This document shows positions 47,721 to 59,628 of a DNA stretch of 64,000 nt, in pieces (the first letter of the stretch is position 1; each line of letters opens with the position of its first letter). The notes under the pieces are model-generated. The model did not search any database, was not told the origin of the DNA, and was given only the letters and a program-made list of their open reading frames with translations. The DNA is from Mobula hypostoma. Lineage: Eukaryota. A program made the position numbers and the translations under genes. The stretch is taken from NCBI RefSeq assembly GCF_963921235.1, contig NC_086101.1, forward strand, positions 190,526,001 through 190,590,000, in the 5' to 3' direction.

Positions 47721-50700
47721 GAATCATGGACAAAGCTCTGGATCTCTGGAAGGAAATGAACTGTCAATATTTCAGGTTGAGACCTTTCATCTGGACGTGT
47801 ATGAGCAGATTTACTTGATCCCTAGCTGTTACCGGTCCAGCGAAATTGGCTCAGTACTTGTATGGGCTTTGACTGCATTATTGTACCTGTTTGCATGAGT
47901 ACTGATAGAAAACGCCTGTATTTATATTGGGTGAAAACAATGTAACTTGAGTATAATAGCTGACTTTTATGTCATTCAGTAACTAAAGTACTCAGTTATG
48001 AAAAAATGTTATTCTTTCCATTTTCTCCAGCAAATGAACAGAGGTTGAAGTTCGCAAACAGTGTGCATGTGAAGGAGGGTGAGAGGTGTATAAGATGATA
48101 GGATTCATTGATAGCGTGGACAGCCAGAGACTCTTTCCCTGGGTGGAAATGACTAATACGAGAGGATGGCAGAATCTAAAACCAGAGGACGCAGCCTCGG
48201 AATGGAGGGCGTGCTTTTAAAATGGAGATGAGGATGAACCTCTTTAGTCAGAGAGAGGATGAGAGATTCTTGATTGGTCAGGGCATGAAGGGATACAGGA
48301 AGAAGGCAGGATTTTGAAACTGCGAGGAAAATTGGGTCTGCAGTGATGAAGTGGAGCAGACACGATTGGGCCAAATGGTCTAATTCTGCTCCTATATTAT
48401 GGTCTTGTAATTTTAAGGTGATTGGAGGAAAGTATGGCGGGGGGGGAATGTCAGAGGTAAGTATTTTTTTTACGCAGAGAGTGGTGGGTGCATGGAAAAC
48501 ACTGCCAAGGGTGGTGGTAGAGGCAGATACATTAGGGACTTTTAAGAGACTCTTAGATAAGCACATGGATGAGAGAAAAATGGACGGTTATGTGGAAAGG
48601 AAGGGTTATATTGATCTTAGAGTGGGTTGCAATTTCAACACAGCATCGAAGTTTTTAACTAAACACAAGGCCTATTGTCATTTCTAATCCTTGGGGTAAA
48701 TGCCAACTGCTTTTAAAATTTATGCTTCCAGCATTCTTGTGGGTCCTCATGAATGGCTGAGACCTTTTCCTGTGATGAGTATTTCACTCCTATAATCAAG
48801 CCTGCAGGATCAGCATTTGATTATTTAAAGGGTCAATACAGATTCTACTATTTCTTTAAAAAGGGATATGAGATACTTTTGGGGGGTGGGAGGGGTAAGG
48901 GGAGAAGGTTCACAAATCTGTAGGGGGAAGAACAGACTGTGTCCGATTGCTTAGCTTTTCCAACATTGCCTGTAGGTTCAAGATGGCTAGAATGTCATCT
49001 TGTGCGGCACAGTGGTGTACCAGTTCGTGTAACGTTCTTAAGTTTACGGAGAGAAGGGAGAAGAATGGGTTGAGAGGGAAAATAAATCAGCCGTGATTGA
49101 ATGGGGGAGCAGACTCGATGGACCGAGTTTGCTCCTGTGTTTTGTGTGCTTTACAGTGCAAGCAGTCGCTGAGCAAGGTTCCATTCCCACTAGTCTCTGT
49201 AAGGAGTTTGTACATTATTTCCATGAGCATATGGGCTTTCTCCAGATGCTCCAGTTTCCTCCTACATTCCAAAGACATATGGGGTGGACTTAGTAAGTTG
49301 TGGGCATAGTATGTTACTGCCAGAAGCACGGTGACACTTGCAGACTGCCCCCAGTGCAATCCTCAGACTCTGTTGACAGTTGACGTGAATTTCACTGTTC
49401 GTTCTGATGTACATGTGACAAATAAAGCTAATTTTTAATCTCTAGTCTGTTTCCAATTCTGATTGGGTCCTGAAGAGGAGGGTTACGGTTAGGGTTATCA
49501 GGAGGCCAGGGTGGGAGGGTAAACCACGTCTGGAGGGGAAAGAGAATTTGGTGACATAACCCAGAATAATGATAGCTGTAAATTAAAAAGCTCATTAGAG
49601 CAGTTTGGAAAGAACAGTCCTGTAATCACTGACTGTCAAATTTGAGGCTTTTATACTACTAAAAGAGGTGTCAATTGAATTACTCCAGAAATCATTTAGG
49701 ACCAAAAATGCTAATCATAAAATTAACTGAGGTATGGTTTTCCCATTTCTCTGTGGATACTGGGATACAGGTACAGCGGTTTCCTGCTGTGCTTGGTTAT
49801 TGGGAGGTGGACAGTGTTAGATAAATGGAACTGAGGTGAAGTCAGATCAAGGCCAACTTACTTTTTTTTTTAAAAAGTATCCACATTTTGTTGAGAAAAC
49901 ATTTGAAAGCTGAATGCTGACTGGAGAATTTATAGTTGAGTTTAGTTTGAAGAATAGAAGGAAGGTTAGAAAGCTGGCATGTTGCAGTCGTAATGAAAGA
50001 ATGCTGACTTCTCTAACTTCTGGTAAGCACTCCCATCTGTCTTCACTCTTTTTTTTCTCCTGGTCTCTGACCTCGTCACCTCTCGTGCCCACTCTCTTCT
50101 CATTTTACCCATCGCCCACACATTCCTCCTCGTGTCGTCCCCATCACATTACGTCATCTTCAGCCCTTCAAAGGTCTCTGCTCAAAATGTCAACTGTTTA
50201 TTCCTCTCTATTGGTGCTGCCTGACCTGCGCAGTTCCTCCAGTACTTTGTGTGTGTTCCTCAAGATTTCCAGCATCTGCAGAATATCTTAGCTCGCCATC
50301 ACTTCCCACCTAACACCTCCCAGCTTCTTGTATCATTCCCACTCCTCCGCCCCCTTACCTGTTACCCACCCCTCACCTGCAACCATCTAATACCCATCAG
50401 ATTTGCTCCACCTCTTTCTTCCACCCCACAACAACATTTTTATACTGGCCGTCTCCCTTCTTTCAAATTCTGATTAAGGATCTCAAAGGGAAACTTCAGC
50501 TTTCCATTGATACTCTCTGATCCACCAAGTTCCTCCAGCATTTTGAGTGTTTTTTATGATAATTAAATTGTTTATAACATTGATCTGGAGTACTGGGGAG
50601 GACTTCCCCTGCCCATCTTACCATGGGATCTTTTAATTTGACCTCAGCGGGAGTAACGTCCCCTCACTTTCATTGTATCCTCGGCTGAGGTCACAAGGAG

Positions 50701-50832
50701 ACGTGGACCTGTGACCCTTTAATTTGCCGAGCTTATGCTGACATTATAGCCAGAAGATGGGGACTGTGTTTTATTCTTACAGTTCGGCAGCCAATTAACC
50801 TGTAGCTTGAAATGGGTTTGTGTTTGTTTCAG

Positions 50833-50898
50833 TACCTGGAACTGCGGTTTAATAAGGCGACGAGACTGTGTGGGACACTGACTTTCATCTTTCAAATG
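50833..50898 (+). CDS. SLC5A6: SLC5A6 coding exon ([22 protein letters not shown])
   Basis: gtttgtttcag| ... ATG|gtgagt; 66 nt, phase 0 at both ends; continues ...STYE directly. Confidence 0.96.
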
Positions 50899-53800
50899 GT
50901 GAGTTTGATTTCTGAATATTTTGTAGGTTAAATGCAACTAAGATCAAATTTTCTTTTTAACATATATGAGGAAAAAAATTAACTAAGCATTAAGGTTTCT
51001 AGTGTATTAGTGCACATGTGAATTTGATAGTATTTACATTGTGGCTACCATTGTTCACAGAACTCCTTGCTCTAACATTTTCATGGTATAGGGGTATCCG
51101 AGCCAGATAAATCAGTTTTGGTTGCAAATGCTATTTCATCTGCTATCTCTGAAAATGACCACACTTTGGAGGTGTATTATTCCCAGGCAATGTATCTATC
51201 AGATGTTATTCAAGTGGAAAGGAATTTTTACGTTTACTTAAACATAAATTTTATCTTCAATACATCATCCCCACCCCGTTGTGATGCAGGGGTTCTGTTG
51301 CAGAACCGTATTCTGGTCTAATACAAGAGTTCCAATTCATTCTGGTGGAATGAATCCTGCAGCGACAGGTTTGGTGTTATCTATAGAGGAAGTTGTAATC
51401 ACAGTCTTGTTTCCCTTCTCAGTCTCCATTACCACATTCCTGTCCATGATAACCTGGGTAACGAGACAAGGAACTTTTCAGTTGGGACGGAAACGAGGGT
51501 TGCAGCTATTTTTATGGATCTTTTGCTCTCTCTTGAATAAAACCATAGCACACAGAAGCACAATTAGCCATTCGACCCATCGAGTCTTCAACGCCATTCC
51601 ATCATGGCTTATTTATTGTCCTTCTCAACTACGTTCACCTGCTTTTTCCCTGTAACCTTTGACGGTCTGGATAATCAAGAACCTAGTAACCTCTGCTTTA
51701 AATATACCCAATGACTTGGCCTCCATAACTGTCTGTGGCAATGAATTCCAGATTCACTACCCAGTGGATTAAGAAATTCTTCCTCATCTCTGTTCCAAAG
51801 AGACGTCCTTGTATTCTGAGGTTGTGCCCCCGGTCCAAGACTTTCAACTATGGTAAGCATCCTCTCCACGTCCACTCTGTTGAGGCCTTTCAATATTTGA
51901 CAGGTTTCAATGTGATCCCCCTCATTCTTCCAATCTACAACAAGTACAAGTCTGGAGACATCAAATGCTCCTCATATGTTCACTTTTTCATTCCCGGGAT
52001 TAATTCCCGGTATACTGGTTACTTGACTGGATAGTTTTACTCTTTCACCTCTGCTCCCAGAGCCAATTGCACTCTCCCTTCCTGTATATCTTCTGATGAA
52101 TGCAAAATATTGAGTTGATTAATTAAGCTTTTGTCCTGGTTCGGCACATGGACAGAAATGGTTTGGAGCAGGAGTTTCCAACCTTTTTTATGCCATGGAG
52201 CTTTCCCATTAACCAAGTGACCCATGGACCCATGGACCCCAGGACCCCAGGTTGGGAACCCGTGGTGTAAAAGGGTAGATATGGGGCAAATGTGGAGAAG
52301 TGGGGCAGCTTGGATGGGGCATCTTAGTTGGCATGGACCATTGGGTTGAAAGGCTCGTTTCCATGCTTATGACTCCATAAGGTCATTGAGTTGTTAGAGT
52401 GGATGTGGAGAGAATGTTCCTTGAAGACCAGAGGGCACAGCCTCAGATGAGAGGGACGTCCATTTAGAACAGAGATGAAGAGGAATTACTTTGGCCAGGG
52501 GGCGGTGAATCTGTGGAATTTATCATTACCTTTGGCCATGGAGGCCGAGTCATTGGATATATTTAAAGTGGAAGTCGATGTCAGGGCATCAAAGGTTACT
52601 GGAGCTGAGAGGGTTAATAAATCAGCCATGTTGGGATGGGGGAGTAGACTTAATGGGCTTAATGGCCTGATTCTGCTCCAATGTTTGATGGTCTTGTAAC
52701 CATAAACGTACAAGGAGTGACAACCTCGGGAGATGGAGGTTGAATCAAATTAGTGTGATTCAGATAAACAAAACAGGGTTGAAATGGGCTACTTGATCCT
52801 CAAACTCAACATGTTGAGGCAAGTGTATAAATTAATCAGGTTGCTTTGCCTCTTTTGGTTCTCTGCCACTTTGTCTTAGAAAAATACAGCAGAGAAACAG
52901 GCCCTTTGGCCCATTCAGTCCACGCCAAACCATTTAAACTGCCTAGTCCCATCGACCTGCACCCGGACCATAACCCTCCATAACCCTGCCATCCAAGTAC
53001 CTATCCAAACTTCTCTCACACATTGAAATCGAGTTTGCGCGATGCATTCCATGGTGTGTTTTGATGTACGTAGGATAAATAAATCTGGATCTAAGTTGGC
53101 GGCCAGTTCTGAGCCTGGCTTCTGTGACTGATACATTGAAGGGGGTGAGGCAGAGTCTCAACGTGAAGACAGCAGGAGCAAAAGTGTTAGATGGAGGACC
53201 AATCTGACTGACCTGGGTCTGGTTTATTTAATGGGTTGTTGCTGTGCATGAGACCATGTGGCATAGGAGCAGAATTAGGCCATTTGGCCCATCGAGTCTC
53301 CTTGCCATTCCATCATGGCTAATTTATTGTCCTCTTCTCACTATAATCTTTGACACTCTTGTTAATCAAGAACCTTTAAATACACCCAAATACTTGGCCT
53401 CCAGAGCTGCCCGTAGCAATGAATTCCACAGATTCACCCTCCTCTGGCCAAAGAAATTCCTCCTCATCTCTGTTCTAAAGAGACGTCCTTGGCAAAGGCA
53501 ATATTTGTTGCTTGTTCCTAATTGCCCTGGAAAAGATGGTGGTGAGCTGCCGTTGTCAGCTGTAGCACTTGATCCAAGAAGAAGCTTCCACTGCATTGCT
53601 GGGAGTTCAAGAACTTAGAGCCAGTGACAGGAAAAAAAAAAGCATTAATATATTTTAAAATCAGTAATACAAGAGATTCTGCAGATGCAGCAAGTCTGGA
53701 GCAACATGCATACAGGTTGCTGGAGGAAATCAGCGAGTCGGGCAGCATATATGGAGGGGAATAAATGGTTGGCATTTTGGGCTGAGACATTTCTTCAGGA

Positions 53801-55367
53801 TTGGAAAGAGAGGGGGAAGAAGCAAAAATGTAGGAAAGGAAGGGATATCATTCAGGTTTCTTGCCCTTTCTTTTCCCGACCTGATGAAGGGCCTTGGCCT
53901 GACACCTTAATTGTCTGAAAAGCCTGACCTGCTGAGTTCCTCCTGCATTTTGTACGTGTTGCTCTGTTTTCGAATCAGTATTTCTTTCAAACTGGAGGGG
54001 ATCATACAGGTGTCCCCTTCCTCTCTCTGCCTATAAATATGGCAGATTTGCGAGGTACGTTGGGATAGCCCAGATGAGAAATTATAATGTACTGTATGTT
54101 GCAGATGGGGCAGCCACTGGGTGCTGTGGTACAGGGAGTGAATGTTTGCAGGAGTACCAAGTTGATGTGCCGACATGCCCAGGCTTCCTGTTGTTGGATT
54201 AGTCTGTTTAATTGTTATTTTCTTAGCATTTTAACAATTAATTACTTATTAATAGTTAACTACTTATATACTTGTAACTGTTTAGTATGTTTCCTAGTGG
54301 TCACAGTATGTATATGCAGTTGTAAAATGGTCCCTAGTGGTTATATTTTATGGTCTGGAAGCTTCTCTGGTGTTGCATTACTTGAGTAGGGGTTCTCTAA
54401 TCTTGTATGTGAATTAGAATGGAATGTTTCTTACCTGTGGGGTGTAGAAGGGCAGACCATGTGGCCCTGCTATCTTTCATCTTTCTGTTCTCTGTTTTTA
54501 GTTACTAGACCCTTTCAGCTCTGTATTTCCAATTTTCTTTGCTTCTTTTGTGCTTCATAAAACGATCATGAAGCACCAAGTTTTATGCCTCTTTCTTGAC
54601 TTCTGAAAGAGCTTTGGATTCAAAAAAACAACTGAATCCAATACTGTGTGAGTCCCATGTGTTTGTTTACTGAAGTTTGGATGGATGGGCGATGGGAGAT
54701 GGATGAGATGGTGTACATGGATAGGGGAGGTATGGAGGGCTATGATCCAGCTGCGGTTCAATGGGACAGGGCACAATAACAGTTCAGCATGGACTAGATA
54801 GGCTGAAGGGCCTGCTCTGTGCTGTAGTGCTTTATGACTAAGTGATCTGGTTAATTTTTTTAAGCTAATTAAAGGAATTCCAAAGCAGCAGATAAAGAAA
54901 GCCCAGCCTTCGGTAAATTTTTAGGCATGAAAACTGGAGTTGGTCATTTATCACAAAGTATTATTTCGCATGCACGTGATGGGAGTCTAGATATTTCCCC
55001 CTCAGTGCTGAGGCAGATGGACAAGTTCAAACCTGAGCCTGAATAAATTTTGTTAGATTGGGCTATTGAGAGTTAGGCAACTGATGTGGTTAAATTGAGT
55101 CACCTTTCACCTGTGCATGGGGTAGTGTAGTGGTTAGCACACACTTTACAGTGCCGGCGACCCTGGTTCAATTCCCACTACTGCCTGTAAGGAGTTTGTA
55201 TGTTCTCCCCGTGACCGTGTGGGTTCACTCAAGATGCTCCGTATTCCTCCCACAGTCCTGTTGGTAGGTTAATTTGTTATCGTGAATTGTTTGATAAGGT
55301 AGGGTTAAATCGGGGGATTGCTGGGTGGTGTGGCTTGAAGGGCCTATTCAGCTCTGTATCTCAAAAA

Positions 55368-55671
55368 CGTGGCCATGTGGTTAAGGCATTGGACTAGCGA
55401 CCTGAAGGTCGTGAGTTCGAGCCCCAGCCGAGGCAACGTGTTGCGTCCTTGAGCAAGGCACTTAATCACACATTGCTCTGTGACGACACCGGTGCCAGGC
55501 TGTATGGGTCCTAATGCCCTTCCCTTGGACAACATTGGTGGCGTGGAGAGGGGAGACTTGCGGCATGGGCAACTGCTGGTCTTTCATACAACCTTGCCCA
55601 GGCCTGCACCCTGGAGAGTGAAGACTTTCCAGGTGCAGATCCATGGTCTCGCAAGACTAACGGATGCCTTA
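55368..55671 (+). mobile_element. tRNA-derived CORE-type SINE
   Basis: A-box-like TGGCCATGTGG, B box GTTCGAGCC, CORE-like ccttgagcaaggcacttaa; 10-bp TSD atctcaaaaa (55358-55367 / 55672-55681). Confidence 0.8.
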
Positions 55672-55681
55672 ATCTCAAAAA

Positions 55682-55960
55682 AAGGGGAAGGAGGAGGGGC
55701 ACCAGGGAGAGGTGATGGGCGGGTGAAGAGATGAAGTAAGAGGCCAGAGTAGGGAATAGAAGATGAGGGAAGGGGGAGGGGGAAAATCAATGTTCAGGCC
55801 ATGAGGTTGGAAGTTCCCCAGACAGAATATGAAGTGTTGCTCCACCAACCTGAGAGTGGCCTCATCAGGCAGGAGAGGAGGCCATGGGTGGACATATTGG
55901 AATGGGAGTGAGGATAGGAATTAAAATGGTTGGCCAACGGGTATTCTGTTTCATGCGGAT
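55682..55960 (-). mobile_element. Old PLE fragment
   Basis: Antisense of the GIY-YIG C-terminus (...NIDF) and the pyrimidine-rich 3' region. Confidence 0.6.
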
Positions 55961-56734
55961 AATTTAACCAGACTTAAATAGAGGAACATCTGCAGCAGCT
56001 TTTCCCTTTCCTGCCCTGTTATTTTTTGGTGTTGGAAGTACACTCGTAGGGTGGTGGGGGTGGGGTGATATGTGTGTTGTGGTGTAGAGACCCCTAGACT
56101 GAAAGAAATAAAAGGAGGTGATCCTGGAAGAGGTCAGGCCATGTGAGATCAGGAGGATGGCCATGACTATTAATTGGAGCATATATACGGACAAAGAGTT
56201 TTTAAAGATGAGGAAGACTATTTCACATCAATCAGCAAGGATTGTGCTGGGCAGCCTGAAAGTGTCTGCACACCTCCAGCTCCTACTTAGCATGACCACA
56301 GCTCACTAACCGTATGTCTTTGAGGAAACCGGAGCATCTCAAAGAAACCCATCTGGTTAAAGGGAGAACAAACAATCTCCCTACAGGTGAAGCCCTGATG
56401 GGCTTGGGAATAGAGGACTGTGAATGTAGGTGGGGAGGTGGTTGCATTTAGGGAGGAACGAGCTTGTTCTACTGTTGTTTTGTTATATATTGTGTTCTGT
56501 GTTGTTCGGTCGAGCATTGTAGTTATGCTACGTAGCTGTGGAATACATGACGACACTTGTGAGCTTCCCCAGCACACCCTCAAGTGTGTTGGTTGTTGAT
56601 GCAAATGACTCTATTCACTGTATGTTTCGATGTACATGTGATAAATAAACTTGAATCTTAAATCTGTTGGCAATTGCTGGTGCTGTAAAGTGATGTGCTA
56701 ATTGGTACAGTACTGTGCTGACTGTACTGTTAAA

Positions 56735-57066
56735 CAATGTTCCCTCTAAGGAGTGCACGTGTATCTTTAGTTACGAGCACACAAAGGAATTTAAACTGCG
56801 CACAGAAGTTTGTCACACTCTACCTCGTTGGCACGTTAAGTATATTTCACGATCGTACGCAATCACATTTCCTTTTCCAGTTTCTGATGTGGACGGTGTT
56901 GACAACGTGGAGTTTCCAATGATTTGCCTGCAGATTGTAGAACTGGTTTACTTATACTGTTTTTATTGAAGAAATTATTCAGTGTGCACATGTTGTCACT
57001 GGGCAGAGAATTGCACAGCACAAAATTTTTGCGCACACTGGTCATTACAAATTAGAGGGAACATTG
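56735..57066. mobile_element. 332-bp non-autonomous hAT DNA transposon
   Basis: Perfect 15-bp TIR caatgttccctctaa / ttagagggaacattg; 8-bp TSD ctgttaaa / ctgttaag. Confidence 0.88.
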
Positions 57067-57336
57067 CTGTTAAGGGAGGCAAGTATGGCAGTGAACTAGT
57101 GAGTCGAACATAAACAGTTGTCGAAAATATAAGTTAAAACTGCCTAAGGATGGAAAGCCCTTCTGTGCAGAGACTGGTAATAAAACCAGAACCAGGTAAT
57201 AAAAGGCTGGAGTCATGTGTGGGAGATGTGCAAATGTGTTAAACTTTTAATCTTTAAGCTACAAATCAGGAAAGCACACAGTCTTATCTTTGAGTGATGT
57301 TCCTTTATTGGGTTTCAAAATCCATTTCATTTAGAA

Positions 57337-57455
57337 AACAACACACATCAAAGTTGCTGGTGAACGCAGCAGGCCAGGCAGCATCTCTAGGAAGAGGTAC
57401 AGTCGATGTTTCGGGCCAAGACCCTTCGTCAGGGCTAACTGAAAGAAGAGCTAGT
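57337..57455 (-). mobile_element. Short PLE 3'-terminal insertion (hammerhead with GTC>ATC change)
   Basis: Minus strand reads cctgacgaagggtcttggcccgaaacatcgac. Confidence 0.8.
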
Positions 57456-58947
57456 AAAAGAAACATGTTTACCCTGTTTCAATAGAAGATTGCTTTTTGA
57501 ATCCGAGATGACGCTAAACTCCTTATTCTGTCATCTGCACAGAAGGAAATTGTTTCACCTTTGCTGCCTCAAAAGACTTTTCTGATTAATCCAACTTGCC
57601 TGTTTTATTCCCATAAACCTGCAGGCATTCCATAAAAACCCAAGTAAATTTATTATCAAAGTATGTATCTACCTCCATACTGGTGCTTAGGCATATTTTA
57701 TTTCATATCTGTGCTAATAACTTTATATAATTCTTCATAATTATTGAATGTTTTTTGTTTATGTCACGCCAACGCGTCACAGCAATTTCCGAATATGTGT
57801 AAATGTATATAGCAAATAAAGTTTGTGCTGTATGCTACCTGGAGATTCATTTTCTTGCACATCTACAGAATAAACAAAGAATACAATATAATTCATGAAA
57901 AACTATAAATGCAAATAAAAATAAAAACTGACAACCACTGTTGAAAAGAAGAGAAACTGTGCAAATAAAAGAGAAGTGATACCGAGAACTTGAGCTGTCG
58001 GGTCCTTGAAAGTGAGTCTGTAGGTTGTAGAATCAGTTCAGTGTTGAAGTGAGTGAAGTTATCCACGCTGGTTTGGCAGCCTGATTGTTGAGGGGTAAAA
58101 CTGTCCCTGAACGTGGTGCTGTGCGACCTAAGGCTCCTGTACCTCCTGCCTGATGGCAGCAGAGAGAAGAGAGCATGGCCTGGGTGGTGGGGGTCCTTGA
58201 TGATGGATGCTGCATTCCTGGGGCAGCACTCCATGTGAATATACTCAATTGTGGGGATGGTTTTGCCTGTGATGGACTGGGCTGTATCCACTGCCTCCTG
58301 ATTCTCTTTCCGTTCAGAAATTGCTGAATGGGAACTTGAGTTTAACAAGTGAATTTGAGCCATGGTAATTTTTGAGAGTTGTATTTTGGGGAAATAGTGC
58401 TCTGGCTTGGCAGAAGAGCAACACAACAAGCTCTCCAGAAAACTGTTTGATAAAATTCCTGGTGAAAAGCTGCCCCGGGGCCTCAAGGGAGCAGTATCTG
58501 TGGTATAGTATTCATACACAAGATACTTAAACAGAGATGAAGTTTAGCTTTGTGTTACACTTACACTGAAGCACAAAATGAAATGCGTTGATTGCATCAA
58601 ATCAAGTCACAGATGGTTACGTTGCCACACTTTTGGCACTAACATAGCATGTCAACGGTGTACTAGACCTAACCTGTGTGGGAGGAAACCCATGTGATCA
58701 TGGGGTGAACATACAAACTCCTTTCAGCAGCGGGAATTGAACCCTGATCAGTGATTGCTGGTACTTTAAAGCGATTGCACCAACCTCGATGCTCCTTCAG
58801 TACAACTCCGTGATTTTGCTGCCCACATCTGCTGGACCTCCAGCTTGCTGATCAGAAGTGGTGATGCTGATACAGAATTTACTGTGTCAGGTCTATGTGC
58901 AGGGAGAGTGGTTCCTGTTCAGTAACTTTCTTCTCTTCCAATTTCAG

Positions 58948-58999
58948 GTTATTTACATGGGAGTAGTCCTCTATGCACCTGCCCTGGCCCTAAATGCAG
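58948..58999 (+). CDS. SLC5A6: SLC5A6 coding exon (VIYMGVVLYAPALALNA-); gene continues beyond the window
   Basis: ttctcttccaatttcag| ... GCA G|gtatgt; 52 nt; follows ...FQM in frame. Confidence 0.96.
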
Positions 59000-59628
59000 G
59001 TATGTTGAATCAGACTCAGGTTTATTGAAACCGGCATACATGGTGACATTTGTTGTCTTGTGGCAGCAGTCCAGTGCAAGACACAAAAGAATTACAAGTT
59101 ATAATAAAAAAAAACTAAGTGCGAAAGAGGAATAGTGAGCTGGGCTGTTCAGAAATCTGATGGTGGAAGGGAAGACACTGTTCCTAAAATGTTGAGTGTA
59201 GCTTTCTAGGTTCCTCTGTCTCCTTCCTGCTGGTAGTAGTTAGAAGAGGGCATGCCCCAGATGGTCAGAGTCCTTCCTGATAGATGCTGCTGTTTGAAGA
59301 TGCTGTCCATGGTGGGAGAAGTGATTGAGCTGGCTGAGTCCACGTTCATAGCAATAATCTCTGCTAAGATCTCTCCTGGACAAATGGAGTCGGATAATGG
59401 ACGGTAAAAGCTTTTAACAACACCTTCAGCCAGGATACTTGGACCTGATCCGCCTGCCATGAGTTCTGTTTTAAACTGGTCTCTACACTTGGCATTGGAT
59501 GTGTTGGTTTCGCTTCAGGTCAGTGTAGGTCGAAGTAACATGGTACATGTGATACCGGGTCTGGTTTTCATTGCTTGCTGCTGAAGAGGGAAATGGGAAT
59601 TGAACAGAATTTGTTCTTTTCCTTGTTA

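Noticed and set aside
51337-51453. Antisense exon-like unit in the SLC5A6 intron (VIMDRNVVMETEKG...GFIPPE* or a 21-nt GYHGQEC micro-exon)
   Set aside because: Acceptor is plausible, but there are no partner exons and no recognisable homology; consistent with chance.
55368-55440. tRNA gene
   Set aside because: Acceptor and anticodon stems do not pair properly, no poly-T terminator follows, and it continues into a SINE body with a TSD.
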